A stretch of 62,915 nt of DNA, counting the filler, from Collodictyon triciliatum (lineage: Eukaryota): assembly GCA_043381765.1 (NCBI GenBank). It is 4 parts of 4 records of this genome, joined end to end, with 100 filler letters (N's around TTAATTAATTAA, not from the genome) between each part and the next. Parts side by side here need not be neighbours in the genome. Positions count along the whole stretch, not along the records: positions 24,058 to 44,834 come from JBHJMP010001219.1; positions 44,935 to 51,839 come from JBHJMP010001227.1; 2 more parts are not named here. The stretch is one strand, 5' to 3'. Below the pieces are notes generated by a model. That model was not told the DNA's origin. It searched no databases and saw only the letters and a list, made by a program, of their open reading frames with translations. The position numbers and the translations under genes were made by a program. Positions within the stretch are counted from its first letter, which is position 1. Each line of letters opens with the position of its first letter. Positions 37,057 to 48,898 of the stretch are shown piece after piece.

Positions 37057-38706
37057 TTAGATAGAGTATTGGTAGTTGACAAGGTAAGTAAAAAGAGTCA
37101 ATGTGATGGACATGCTTAAGGCGGACATGGCAATCGCAACGGGTGCGAATCTTTGCAATTCATCGTAGGATACGTCCAACGGGAACTTGAAGCAATAGAT
37201 TTCGACATATAGAGAGGTATAGTCAGTAACAAACTCAAATAGAATTTGAATCCCTATTTGGACAAACACTTCGTAGATGTCAGCACTGGTCTTGAAATCG
37301 ATACTACAAAACAGTGGGTGAATGTAGTACAGCAAAAAACTGACCAAAATAATAACTCTCGTATTGATGGACATGTCTTCTAATATAAGCTTCATTCTCA
37401 TTTTCTTCAATATGGGTGGTAATGAGTACAGTTCCTCATCGTTATATTCTACATGTCGTTCTTGGTCTCTTGTGCTACCATGAGGTGCTTCCAAATCATT
37501 ACATGCCGCGCAATTTGGAATGATGCTGTTTGCTTCCTCGGAATCTTTTTCATATTCATCAGATATATCACGAACCCTTGTCGATGACGAGTCTACTGGG
37601 CGAACGCTCACAGGGCTGATATTTGCTTTCTTTCCTTTCTTGAAAGAGGTTGAGTTCTCACTAATACTTGGTTCCTTATCTTCACCGTAGGATGTTCGGT
37701 TCCCCCTTCGATGGAAAAGGCGGTCTGTGCATCTACGCAAGCAAGGCGACATGAATTGCCCAGCTGTCTTCACATTTGAAAATATTTTTGACAATAAATG
37801 ATATCTTATATTGAACGTAGTTCTGCAAAATATATCCACCATCGAAAGCCCAGTACACATGATTATTAGATTTCTTTCATAATTTGCATCATTTACTGTG
37901 GCAACCATAAGTCGTGCAACGAAGCGACCATGTCCGTTAATGACAGAAGTCACCTCGAGGCACCGATACGCAAATTCAGAAGGTAGTGTATTAAGTATAG
38001 TAACTTGTATAGTCTCCATAATTAAAAAACCACAAGTCATGATACAAAGTCGAATGCATAGCTGGTCTTTGAAATCCCCGTGAATGTAAAAAGGATAAAT
38101 AAACATAGCTGAGTAGAATCCCATGCAAGTTAAAAACATTATCTGCATGACGGCAACGGCTGCATCTCTCAAGCAAAGTCCCTCGAGAGGATTGGTCTCA
38201 ACTTGGCCTTCCTCTTTCTCTTTTCTCTTGATTTCCCACAGTATATATGGAATGGAAATGAAATAACAAAGATCAAGAACAATTTGATAGACCAGTTTTG
38301 CCTGGTGCGTTAAACCCCATGCCAGAGAAAGAAAGCAGCTGGCTAAAAAGATCGGGATGATTATTCGCACGATGGCACGCCAGGCATAGCGTTTTCCAAA
38401 CATACGACTCAGGATCAGAAAAGCCACCGCACAATAAAGTCCTTGGGTGATAACATTCCCAATATCCGTGTATATTAAAAGCCCATAATCGTGCAAAACT
38501 GACTGAGGAAGCCAGCGTAGAAGGCCGAAATACAGGCCGAACGGTACAATCGCCACCAGAGACGTCACAGAACCATGAACTACAAGCACCGACCAAAGCG
38601 AGAGGATATTGGCTCCGCTTTCTGACCAAAGAGAGATGTGCAGTGGGTGCTCCGTCAAGCGGTCGTGTCTGGTGTCTGTGACGCGCTGAATCCACTGTAT
38701 ATCCAT
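37057..38706 (-). CDS. Intronless multi-pass membrane protein, paralog 2 (549 aa)
   Basis: ISLWSESGANILSLWSVLVV, FGLLRWLP, NIRYHLL, FLLYYIHPLF and GIQILFEFVTD...YVEIY; colinear with paralogs 1 and 3. Confidence 0.88.
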   Translation of the reverse strand: MDIQWIQRVTDTRHDRLTEHPLHISLWSESGANILSLWSVLVVHGSVTSLVAIVPFGLYFGLLRWLPQSVLHDYGLLIYTDIGNVITQGLYCAVAFLILSRMFGKRYAWRAIVRIIIPIFLASCFLSLAWGLTHQAKLVYQIVLDLCYFISIPYILWEIKRKEKEEGQVETNPLEGLCLRDAAVAVMQIMFLTCMGFYSAMFIYPFYIHGDFKDQLCIRLCIMTCGFLIMETIQVTILNTLPSEFAYRCLEVTSVINGHGRFVARLMVATVNDANYERNLIIMCTGLSMVDIFCRTTFNIRYHLLSKIFSNVKTAGQFMSPCLRRCTDRLFHRRGNRTSYGEDKEPSISENSTSFKKGKKANISPVSVRPVDSSSTRVRDISDEYEKDSEEANSIIPNCAACNDLEAPHGSTRDQERHVEYNDEELYSLPPILKKMRMKLILEDMSINTRVIILVSFLLYYIHPLFCSIDFKTSADIYEVFVQIGIQILFEFVTDYTSLYVEIYCFKFPLDVSYDELQRFAPVAIAMSALSMSITLTLFTYLVNYQYSI

Positions 38707-39183
38707 TGTGCCTATCCTATTATCTGGGAGGTTGCTTTTCCAAAGGCAGTTGTGTGACAGCTCTTGATGCCGCTACGCTGCCGTAAGATAGCTTTTTGTT
38801 AGGATGTAGTGTGGGGGCGAGTCTTGTCAGGCCGTCGCAAAAGACATGAAAAGGAAGAAAAAAAAAAGAAAAGGTCGAGGCAGAAATGACATACAGATGC
38901 AAGTTTCGCGCTGATGCAACTTCTGTGCTGAAATGGCTTTGAGCTGTACGATTAATAATGAAGCGGAAAGAACCAAAAAAGCAGGGGAAAACATAGGCAT
39001 CCGAGTAAACATGCCATTATAGGAATTTTCTAGTTGGTCTGCATTTCTGTCTCATACTTCAATAGTAAAGTGGTCATTAGAGCGAAAAGTTCTAATTTTG
39101 GATATTAAATGTGGAAAATAAAAATAAAAGACACGTGCTGATTAGTTTATGAGGCATTTAGTGAAATCCTTCGTCGTGGTTAT

Positions 39184-40813
39184 TTAGTGGGTTTTGGTAA
39201 AAGTGAAGTCTACAAAGGAGGAAAAGATGTTGAGTGCAACCAGAGTACTGAAGGCAGATAGCGTTGAGGTTATCAGAAAGTTTTTTCGAAGGTCATCATA
39301 GCATATGTCCATGTTCATGTTGTACCAGTATATTTCAGCGTACAAGCAAACCATATCCGCAGTGAACTCGAGAAGGACTTGAATCCCAACTTGGTAGAAA
39401 ACTTGATATAAATCCGAGTTTGTGTGGAACAAAGGGCTTTTGAAGAGCGGGTGAATAAAATAGAGAAGAAACGAGACCAGTATCGTGACCCGTATATCAG
39501 TGGATATATCATCTAGAATTTGTTTTATCCTTACTTCTTTGAGAGGTGAAGGCAAATCATAAGCACCACCTTCACCACCAGAGAATTTAATCTGGGGTGC
39601 TTGCGCAACCAAAGTATCGTAATCACCATCTTTTACTTCGATGGTATGATTTGGTTCTGGTAGAGTAAAATCAGTTGGTGGTCCTTCTAGGTTTTCTTCT
39701 CGACTAATATCCACTCGATTTGATACTGGGCTAACCTGAATAAGTTTTATCCTTTTTTGAGAGCGAGACTGAAAGTTTCTACTGGCTACACCAGCGTCAG
39801 AGTATGACCTGTTGGTGCGTACATTGCACAAGCCTGTCTGGATTATCTCTGCAAGATGTCGATTGTTAAATGGACATGGCCGTGTGAACCACCGAAGAAA
39901 ATGCAATAGTAAATGATATCGGATATTATATGTCATGCGAATCATGACTTCGACCAAAGAATTCCCCATGCACATCCAGAGCCAATATTTATCGTATGAT
40001 TCCATATTTACTGTGCAAATCATAATTCTGCCGATGAATTGAGCGTGTCCATTCACAGCCGAAACGACATCCATGCACAATAAGGCATGACTCAATGGAA
40101 GTCTTATCAGCACGTACATTTGATAGGCCTCAATTATAAAAAATATGATATTTACAAGAACCAGACGAATAAAGAGCTGTTTCTCTATACTCGCCCTGAT
40201 ATACTCGTCATAAATCCATAATGTTGTATAAAATCCAACCAAGCACATAACAACTCCTTTGCAAACAGAAAGCAGAGTTGATTTTTACCAGCAAAGGGTT
40301 TTGACGTTGAGAATGAGACATCACACTCACGTGTCTATTCCGATTATAAATGTAAATCAATGGGATACCATATCCTATCATCAGAACCCTTTGGATTATC
40401 AATCTTATTTCCTTCGAAAGACCCAACGGAATAGAGAATGCAATTATGGCCAAGTAAACTGGTAAATAGACTCGAATCAACACACCATGAAGCTCATCTC
40501 CATTAAATAACTTGTTTGCCATCATCCACGCAGCTGCGCAAAACAGTGTGTGTATGATGATGTTATTCAAATCGATGTACAAAAAGTCTACCCAAACATC
40601 CAGGACACTATGTGGCAACCAATGCAGAAACCCAAAATATATGGACAATGGAATAATGACGCCTACAGACACAAAGAACCCATTCACCACCAGCACGGAC
40701 CACAGTGAGATGATATTTGCGCCACTTTCTGACCAGAGGGGAATCTGAAGGCGATAATCCACTTGGTATATGTTATTTGAATAGGCCACCCGGCTGAAAA
40801 GATGGTCGTCCAT
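39184..40813 (-). pseudogene. Multi-pass membrane protein paralog 3, split by a single +1 frameshift near 40258 (pseudogene or sequencing error)
   Basis: ORFs 40208-40813 and 39184-40248 together align over the full length of paralog 2. One extra A in ...TTG CAA A GGA GTT GTT ATG... shifts the frame. Confidence 0.8.
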
Positions 40814-40883
40814 ATCTTCCTACGTATTAGTTTACATAAATTCAGGCAACAAATATAATATACAAATCAATGAAAATGAATGG

Positions 40884-40990
40884 AAAAAAAGAAAAAGAAA
40901 AAGAAAAAGAAAAAGAAAAAGAAAAAGAAAAAGAAAAAGAAAAAGAAAAAGAAAAAGAAAAAGAAAAAGAAAAAGAAAAAGAAAAAAGAA
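40884..40990. repeat. (GAAAAA)n microsatellite
   Basis: Direct observation. Confidence 0.93.
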
Positions 40991-41439
40991 AATCTTGATT
41001 CATGAACACTCCATCGAACCAACGCCAACATATCGATGAAAGCTTCGCAGAGTATTTTCATGGGAGTGGCAGCCGCAGAGAGATAATTTTTTTTTCTCAT
41101 CCAAGTAGCGAGCAAATGGATTTCCCTCGCTCACACCTACACCTGCTCCATCGGCACGTTGCTCAATCAGCCGACGAACACTCACCCCGCACTGAGCGTC
41201 AGAAATACCTTGTTTCAAAGCACTCATCGCGAAAACATTGCTTATTATGGCATTCTTCACCCAGAATGTTTTGCGATGCATTAAGTTCGCAGTGAAAAAA
41301 ATTCCTTCCTTTCCGATGAGAATCAAAAAGACTTCCAATAAAGGCGACAGCAGCAGATGAGCCGAGGCCAAAGAGCCACCTGGAAAGTCACGAGCAGAGA
41401 TATTAGCATTCGATTTATTAGATGGGAGAGGACAGTGAA

Positions 41440-43542
41440 TCACCGCCGCGTGTGGCTGGGCAGGTCGTGAAAATTAATCTCTATTTCTTCAAACTCCGAG
41501 CCCTCCGAGTCGCCCTCTTGTGCAATGAGACCCTGCCGCTGCTCTGTATCTGGTGAATCAGGTTTCTCTCCGTGCCTTTTTGTCAATCGATTGACAATCG
41601 ACTGAACACCTCTTCCGGGCGAGTCTTGTCCTCTTTCTTCCGACAACTCTTTCATTTCGATGGAATAAGGGCTCGCTTGTCGCATGCTGTCTCTCATTTT
41701 CCTGTATCGCATTACCTGGGTTCGAGTGTTTTTCTTTTTTTATTTTCCTTTTAAAAAAAGTGTGCTGTAAAGTTATACAATCTTTTTTTTTTTTTCATAC
41801 ATTCATATTTTAAAAGCTCAATGAGTTCGCTGAGACGAGAGTAAAAAATCGAGTAAAAATAAACAAAACACTCATTCAATCACTTCAAATATTGAAAAAT
41901 AACAAGAGCAGATACACCCAGAGTAAACTTCAATACCTTAGGGGAAATTTAGGCAAGGAAGGAAATCATCATGAAAGACCCATACCTTATAGCTTATTAT
42001 GCCTATCATACAAATAGAAAATCCTGTGGCGTTGAGGGCAGTGACTTCATCATGGAAAATAAGGACAGATATGATAATGGTTATCATCTCCTTTAAAGTT
42101 CCGACGATACTCATCGTTAGAGTTGATGTTCGATGAATCAGCAGAAATTCGAAAAGGTTAAGCCCAAAAGCCATCAAGAGCGCGGCGAGCATAAGTCCGA
42201 GAACTTGTATATTGTGATCAGAAATCTTTCGAGAGAATGCATTTCAGTAAGCATTATTTGATACTGTCTTGTTCAATAGGAAATCAAATGTAATTGTGCA
42301 TGTACTTCGTTGAAAGATTTCTTACGTGAAAAAATCCGGATTCCTTGATATGGGAAAATTCAAGGAGGAAAAATATGGGGATAAGACAGGACCCCTATGC
42401 GGACCACGCGACATCATAAAAATATTTATCGTTTAAGGAAAAGTCTCATTTAACTTCGGTAAATATAATATGATAGTATTAATAATAGTAACAATAATAG
42501 TAACAATAATAGTAACAATAATAGTAACAATAATAGTAACAATAATAGTAACAATAATAGTAACAATAATAGTAACAATAATAGTAACAATAATAGTAAA
42601 GATAAGTAAACGCAATATATGCTAAACACCTGAATTGGGGCCACAAAATACATAGTTGTTTTGGCGTCCAGCTGGAACTGCTCATGCTATATACATGACA
42701 GGTTTTCTTTTAAATTAGAATATTTTCTCAAAAAATCAATCGAACAAACGAACACATATAATCTTTGGACAAATATCAACATAATAAGGGAGATTGCAAG
42801 TGAGAACGGAGAAGTGAAAATATTTTTTTATTTTGATTTGTTGCTTACTTGCATAAGAAACTGACAGGAGGTCCATCTTGCACCAGCTAAAATCGATGCA
42901 ACAAATATCAAAAGAAATCCGAACGGGTCAAACTTTGTGTCTCCGTATGATGCCAGCAAAATCCCTGATGCGACCAACACAATCACCATGACGAGTTTTC
43001 TACTCGGTTTCTCCAGACCGAAAATGAAAGAAAACATCAAAACCCACACAACAACACCTATAAATAAATCGGGTAGAAAACGAGAAAAATTAGTCCGTAG
43101 TTACAACAGAATCAAGCAAAAACAGGCTGCCCTTCAATGAAGCGGCAACTGCTTCATAAAACTTACTAGCCTTAACCATCGTGTAAAGCGTCACCGTGAT
43201 GAAGAGCAGACTAAGGTTGGAAAGCGCAATGTCGAGCCCAGCAAAGATCCCCACGGGTACGACATAGCGCAAGTAGACGCCCCACGGGATGGCCTGGGCT
43301 GGCTGCACTCTGAAAAGCAGTCTCGATACCAACGCAATGCCAAACGAATGGAAGCAGGTTGTAAAGACAGGATAGTGGAAGCCGTATGTTGTAAAGAACC
43401 ATTTGTTGAAGATAGTCAGACCGATGCTGCACACGTACCAGCCGAAAGAATAGACTGTGGGGAAGAATATGCGCGAAAACATCGATCCCGCATTATGAGC
43501 GTGTGTGTTCTGACTGTCTTGGCCTTCTTTTCCATTCCTCAT
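41440..43542 (-). CDS. SLC35C2: Nucleotide-sugar/triose-phosphate transporter family protein, SLC35C2-like (multi-exon; start codon uncertain)
   Basis: WYVCSIGLTIFNKWFF...YPVFTTCFH; GLDIALSNLSLLFITVTLYTMVKAS; FSFIFGLEKPS; GARWTSCQFLMQ; EFLLIHRTSTLTMSIVGTLKE. Confidence 0.85.
42481..42598. repeat. 12-bp tandem repeat (AATAATAGTAAC)n, intronic
   Basis: About 10 perfect copies. Confidence 0.92.
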
Positions 43543-44730
43543 CGAATCTGCGGCTGGGTTCTGCGTCTGCAAAGGCTGTCGATCAAGGCTGGCGCGGATC
43601 TGATCACGGGTATGTGCGGGTTCAGAAGGGTGGGAGGCAAAGAGGGACGTTATGCGACCTTTGGGTGGCGGGTCAGTTTCTTTTCTTTTTTTCTTTTTGT
43701 TTTGGCCAGGAAGAACATAGGGCGCCGAATCGTAGAGGAGCAAGTGCAATGTCTTTGCGTCTGTTGCGGTTGGTTTGATCGCTACAGAATCTCATCTTTT
43801 GCTTGTGAAAGCGCAAGGATTCGTTTCTGATTGATTTCTTCGCATCAAGGATCATCTGTGGAACACCTTGCTGTGCACAATTCTGGAAAATATATAATTA
43901 TTCATATTTTTGATTTGTAGGGACTTGAATAGCGATATCACTTGGTATTTAATTAATTTTGTCTTAATGTTGATCACATGGTCAAAACACCTACCTTGGG
44001 GTCTGCTGCAGCCACGTAATCTGGATGCATCGTGATTCGCAAGGGTTTATTTATGTACACGCATGTCACATTAATGATGAATTCGGATGGCGGCATTGCT
44101 TCATTTCTTTCGCATCTGTAGCGATTCGTTTCCCGGCAGATAGCGAGTGCAACCTGGCTCCATATCTCAAGTGACTCAGAAGTCGCCATCAAATTTGGAG
44201 AGACCAGAGGCCAAGGTTTTAACGATTGGTTGGGCTGAAAGGTTTGAAGACCCTTTATGACAATGGCCTGCTTTTTTGATTTCATCATAGATTTCTCAAA
44301 CAGTGTCATAGCCAGCATAAGAAATAGAGGACTTTGAGTTGCGATTTTTTTTTTTTTTGTGCAAGGTTATTGATCAGAAGCCAATTAAACATGCTGAATC
44401 TGTCCTGTTCTTCCAACAAAGTGCTTTGCTTAAAACCTTGACTACAAGGATTAAAACATCGCCGTAAGGCGAAAAGACAAACAAGCCCGTATCTTTTCCA
44501 CCCTCGGGTGATTACTCCATTTGTCGCATGGAAAGTTAAACGAACAAGCGCCTTTCAAAATACTGTCTCTGACAAAAAAGGATATACATTGTAATTATGC
44601 GATATAATCACTTAGACTAAATTCCACCGTTTCAGCGAAAAGTCACATTTGTTCTCGTTTTTTTTTTGGCAACACCGTCACTTTGACAAAAATAATGAAT
44701 TATTCAAATACTGGGTGCCGTGAATACAAT

Positions 44731-44834
44731 GACGCAAAAGACACAAAAGACACAAAAGACACAAAAGACACAAAAGACACAAAAGACACAAAAGACACAA
44801 AAGACACAAAAGACACAAAAGACACAAAAGACAC
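44731..44834. repeat. 9-bp tandem repeat (AAAAGACAC)n at a contig end
   Basis: Direct observation. Confidence 0.92.
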
Positions 44835-44934
44835 NNNNNNNNNNNNNNNNNNNNNNNNNNNNNNNNNNNNNNNNNNNNTTAATTAATTAANNNNNNNNNN
44901 NNNNNNNNNNNNNNNNNNNNNNNNNNNNNNNNNN
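44835..44934. other. Artificial contig-joining linker
   Basis: N44-TTAATTAATTAA-N44. Confidence 0.95.
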
Positions 44935-44998
44935 CCCTTTCCCTTTCCTTTTCCTTTTCGTTTTTTCTTTTTCCTTTTCCTTTTCTTTTTCTTTTTCC

Positions 44999-45031
<33 letters not shown>

Positions 45032-45121
45032 CCATTTCCTTTTCGTTTCCTTTTCTTTTTCTTCTTCCTTTTCCTTTTCCTTTTCGTTTCCTTTTCTTTT
45101 TCGTTTTCTTTTTCGTTTTCT

Positions 45122-45173
<52 letters not shown>

Positions 45174-45373
45174 TTCTTTTTCCTTTTCCTTTTCCTTTTT
45201 GTTTTCGTTTTCGTTTTCGTTTTCCCTTTCCCTTTCCCTTTCCTTTTCCTTTTCGTTTTTCTTTTCCTTTTCCTTTTCCTTTTCCTTTTCGTTTTCCTTT
45301 TCGTTTTCCTTTTCGTTTTCGTTTTTCTTTTCCTTTTCCTTTTTCTTTTTTACTTTTTCTTTTCGTTTTTCCT

Positions 45374-45407
<34 letters not shown>

Positions 45408-45430
45408 TGTTTTTTTCGTTTTCCTTTTCC

Positions 45431-45469
<39 letters not shown>

Positions 45470-45718
45470 CCCTTTTCCTTTTCCTTTTCCTTTTCCTTTC
45501 CCTTTCCTTTTCCTTTCCCTTTCCTTTTCCTTTTCCTTTTCCTTTTCCTTTTCCTTTTCCTTTTCCTTTTCCTTTTCCTTTTCCTTTTCCATTTCGTTTT
45601 CCTTTACCTTTACCTTTACCTTTACCTTTCCCTTTCCCTTTCCCTTTCCTTTTCCTTTTTTTCTTTTTTTCGTTTTCTTTTTCTTTTCGTTTTCGTTTTC
45701 GTTTTCTTTTTCGTTTCT

Positions 45719-45765
<47 letters not shown>

Positions 45766-45975
45766 CTTTTTTTTCCTTTTCTGTTTTTCCTTTTCCTTTT
45801 TCTTTTTCTTTTCGTTTTCGTTTTCGTTTTCTTTCCCTTTTCCTTTTCCTTTTCCTTTTCCTTTTTCTTTTCGTTTTCGTTTTCGTTTTCTTATATTTTT
45901 TCTTGTTCGTTTTCGTTTTCCTTTTTTTTCCTTTTCTGTTTTTCCTTTTCCTTTTTCTTTTACTTTTTCGTTTTT

Positions 45976-46006
<31 letters not shown>

Positions 46007-46080
46007 CTTTCTCTTTTTCTATTCCTCTTTCTTTCGTTTTCGTTTTCGTTTTTCGGTTTCGGTTTCGGTTTCGTTTTCTT
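44935..46080. repeat. 1.1-kb degenerate pyrimidine-rich hexamer satellite (CCTTTT/CGTTTT/CTTTTT)
   Basis: Mosaic of related hexamers; the ORFs here are low-complexity artefacts. Confidence 0.93.
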
Positions 46081-46199
46081 CATTTTTTTTGTGTTTGAAC
46101 TCAAATTCCAGGTTGCTTAACTGCACATTTTTCTTTTTAAAGATTGAAAAACTGCAGTGGATAAAAAGAAAACAAAAAAACATCTCAGAATGCACCAGG

Positions 46200-47530
46200 G
46201 GAGGGAAAACATGAGAAATACCTCACATCACCGCCTCCCGTATCACAGCACGTCCATGATGACGAGCCAGACACATAGCTCATAACCTTTATTGGTTTCA
46301 TCCACAATCTAAAAAGGTTACAAACACTTTCAAATCCTATTTTTCTCAAATGATAAATAATAATGTAAAATGGAGGAGCGATCCTTTTCTCATATTCGCG
46401 CTTGGACTGCACATCGCAGGCAGCTTTGTGAGAGCATCGAGGCCAATCAAAAAACACATATGACATCGTCTCGCAAGGTAAAAGACCGTTGATAGGGACG
46501 TAGCGAGTTTCTGGTATTCATTACTTACAAATGTGTTTGATATCAGGCATGCGCCCACCACTTCCTTCATCTTGTGCCAGACCTGCTGATTTCCCCGTAT
46601 AAGGCTGCGAGTGCGCTCACGCTTCCGCTAAGCGTGCCGGCCGAGCAGCGAGACTGGGATTCCACATAAATGCATTTGCCGATACGAATCTTGAGTTCAC
46701 TCATTGTCCACGGTCGCTTCCTTTATGAAATAGTGTTGATGTTTGAGAACTTAATTAGACGCCGAGGCTTTGGCTGAAGCTTACACATCCCGTAAGGGTC
46801 TCAGTATTTCTGCGTCCACTGTTGCACCGCTAACCCAATTATTAAGGATGGCAGGTAATCTTTGGGATACCACCTTTCGAGCGTTGAATAATAATGATGA
46901 AGCCGCGTTTGGCTGTATTTATTGAAGCTTTCGTTTGTGGCACCTCATAATGGAATGGTGGGTTCTTTTTCCAATTTTTTTGGAATATATTATATTTATT
47001 ATACAATTCAGAAATCAATACATTTTAACTTTGCTTTAAGTGATATATTAACGATTAAATCAATTATCTACCATATTAATCAGTTATTAGTGTCTATGAA
47101 TTGTTCTCTGATTGCCTTTGTGGATGGAAAACGATAACGCCCACAACCTGGCAAGGTAAACCAGACGCGGATTGCAATAGACTTCCATGGCACAGACAAA
47201 GCGAATGACCACCGCAGCAGCAACCACAATGCAAACCAACACAGAGCACGAATTCTGCCGACCGCCGGCTGCAGACACCAACCCTCGCCCTGAGATGGAG
47301 TCCGTTAGCGCCATCGCAACGGCACCACACACCAACTAGCTCCACGCCTCCCAAAGTCCCGAGGATAGCGCGGAGTCCGAGTCCCCACTTGAGGTCGTTT
47401 TCGAGCATTAGCGACAAGCCTGGTTCTTCTGCGGGTTCGGTACCTTCTAGAAGGTCCCCATATGTTTTCCACTCACCCATTGTGGGCATCTCGCCCTTAT
47501 ACCTCTGCCTCACCCTCACTCGCCCATTCA
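46200..47530 (-). mobile_element. Possible decayed DIRS-type (tyrosine-recombinase) retrotransposon remnant: RNase H-like then YR-like segments
   Basis: Across frames, ENDLKWGLGLRAILG...LVGVW, SISGRGLVSAA and NPRLVYLARLW resemble DIRS RNase H (DAS..GWGA / HI..REL.A / ..L..LA..LW). Downstream GTLSGSVSALAALY and LATSLSTVFYLARRCH resemble YR N-terminal and catalytic-Arg regions. Heavily eroded. Confidence 0.4.
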
Positions 47531-48738
47531 CTCCTCTTCTCTATTTTTTCTCCTCTCTCTGTAGATGTTTATACACATCACTACCTCACTGTTTTTCAAT
47601 TTTTCGGGTAATCTATCTCTAATTCATATATATTATTTTTTTTTTTTATGAATTTATTCTTCCTTTCAATTTTGTGCAAGACGGTGGGAACGTTGTTGAG
47701 ATATCTATAAATTTATTGAAGGAATTTTCGTATAATAACGCAGAAGCATCAAACGAATGACCAAAGTTTTTAGCTACTTAAATCCGGTGAGGTTTCTGAT
47801 ATTTGTTGCTTGCAGATTCAGAGAAAGAATCATGGCCGGTCCTTTGGTCTCTGTGACATTCCTGTGTCTTTGCATAATTGAGGAATACCAAAAGGAGCAT
47901 TCTAAAGTATATCCCTGACTCAAGTTTTTAATGATGTTATAGTATGAGCGTATCAACACTCACGTCACATCATCTATAGTCATGATCGATAATCACAGAC
48001 GAGTCTATAAAAATGAAAACTCTTTAATACGAATAATATTCAATCCGTCTTTTTGAATCATCTCAGCTCCAGTGCCGGAGCTATCGAAATATGGCCGGCT
48101 GGTGCTGACGACCAAAAGGGATTTACCCACAGAGAAGACGTCACTAGGAGTCTGCCATCTTCCATAGTCCGCCGAAGCCCCCAACCAAGACTCCTGCTGG
48201 ATCTTGAGGCTTTTGTAGAGCAGGAACTAAAAGTGCTGCGCTGCCTAGAGTAAATTTCATTCAAATATGCATATAAAAAGAAAACAACAATAATCCATAG
48301 ACACCTAAATATCGGGTTGTGATGATGCCAATTATTAACATTATTATTTAAAAGAAAAAGTACCAGATCTCTCCCGCTTGCCTGTATTTGGGGCTTGCTT
48401 TGGTAAGTTTGCTTCTATACACCATAGTCGACATCTGAATGCCTATGGGCCTATATATTTAGGAAACTTGTCTGATTGTCAATTTTTGTCCACATAAAAT
48501 CTTGTGTTCATCGCAATTTTTCAAAAAATATAGAAAAGCATTATTTGTGTCGAATTTGTAACTCCATAATATATAGTTAAAGATTCGACAGCGAACCTCT
48601 CAACCTACATTACTCAGTCCTATATATACTGTCTTCAGCTCTTGACCACAGAATTTTACCCTCTTAACTAACGCTTACCTTCTATATATCCATCTTCCGC
48701 CCTCGCTACAATTTGGTATGTAATAATATATTGTAACA

Positions 48739-48882
48739 TTACACGTCACCAACCCCCTTCTCAAATACTATCTCGCTCCCGCAACACTTGCTGCGCTCTA
48801 CATGTTTCAGTGTGTACTTGCAAAGCCGCTCAACAACCAACACTACAGTAAACAATAATCTGATCAAAGTCACAGGCTCCAT
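48739..48882 (-). CDS. 47-aa small membrane protein directly downstream of the viral capsid gene
   Basis: MEPVTLIRLLFTVVLVVERLCKYTLKHVERSKCCGSEIVFEKGVGDV has one hydrophobic helix and an RSKCC motif. It starts 16 nt after the capsid stop on the same strand, which is virus-like packing. Confidence 0.5.
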   Translation of the reverse strand: MEPVTLIRLLFTVVLVVERLCKYTLKHVERSKCCGSEIVFEKGVGDV

Positions 48883-48898
48883 ATGCTCACATAGGTTT

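Noticed and set aside
36114-37064. Several 190-316 aa ORFs
   Set aside because: They span microsatellites and an N-gap.
43974-44318. 114-aa ORF with a faint LINE C-terminus-like phrase (WSQVALAICRETN)
   Set aside because: Too little motif support to call.
42481-44834. 12-bp and 9-bp tandem repeats as possible CRISPR-like arrays
   Set aside because: No unique spacers; they are simple tandem repeats in a eukaryotic context.
45199-46214. Long ORFs of 100-299 aa (poly-FS/FP/KE)
   Set aside because: Translations of a stop-free hexamer satellite.
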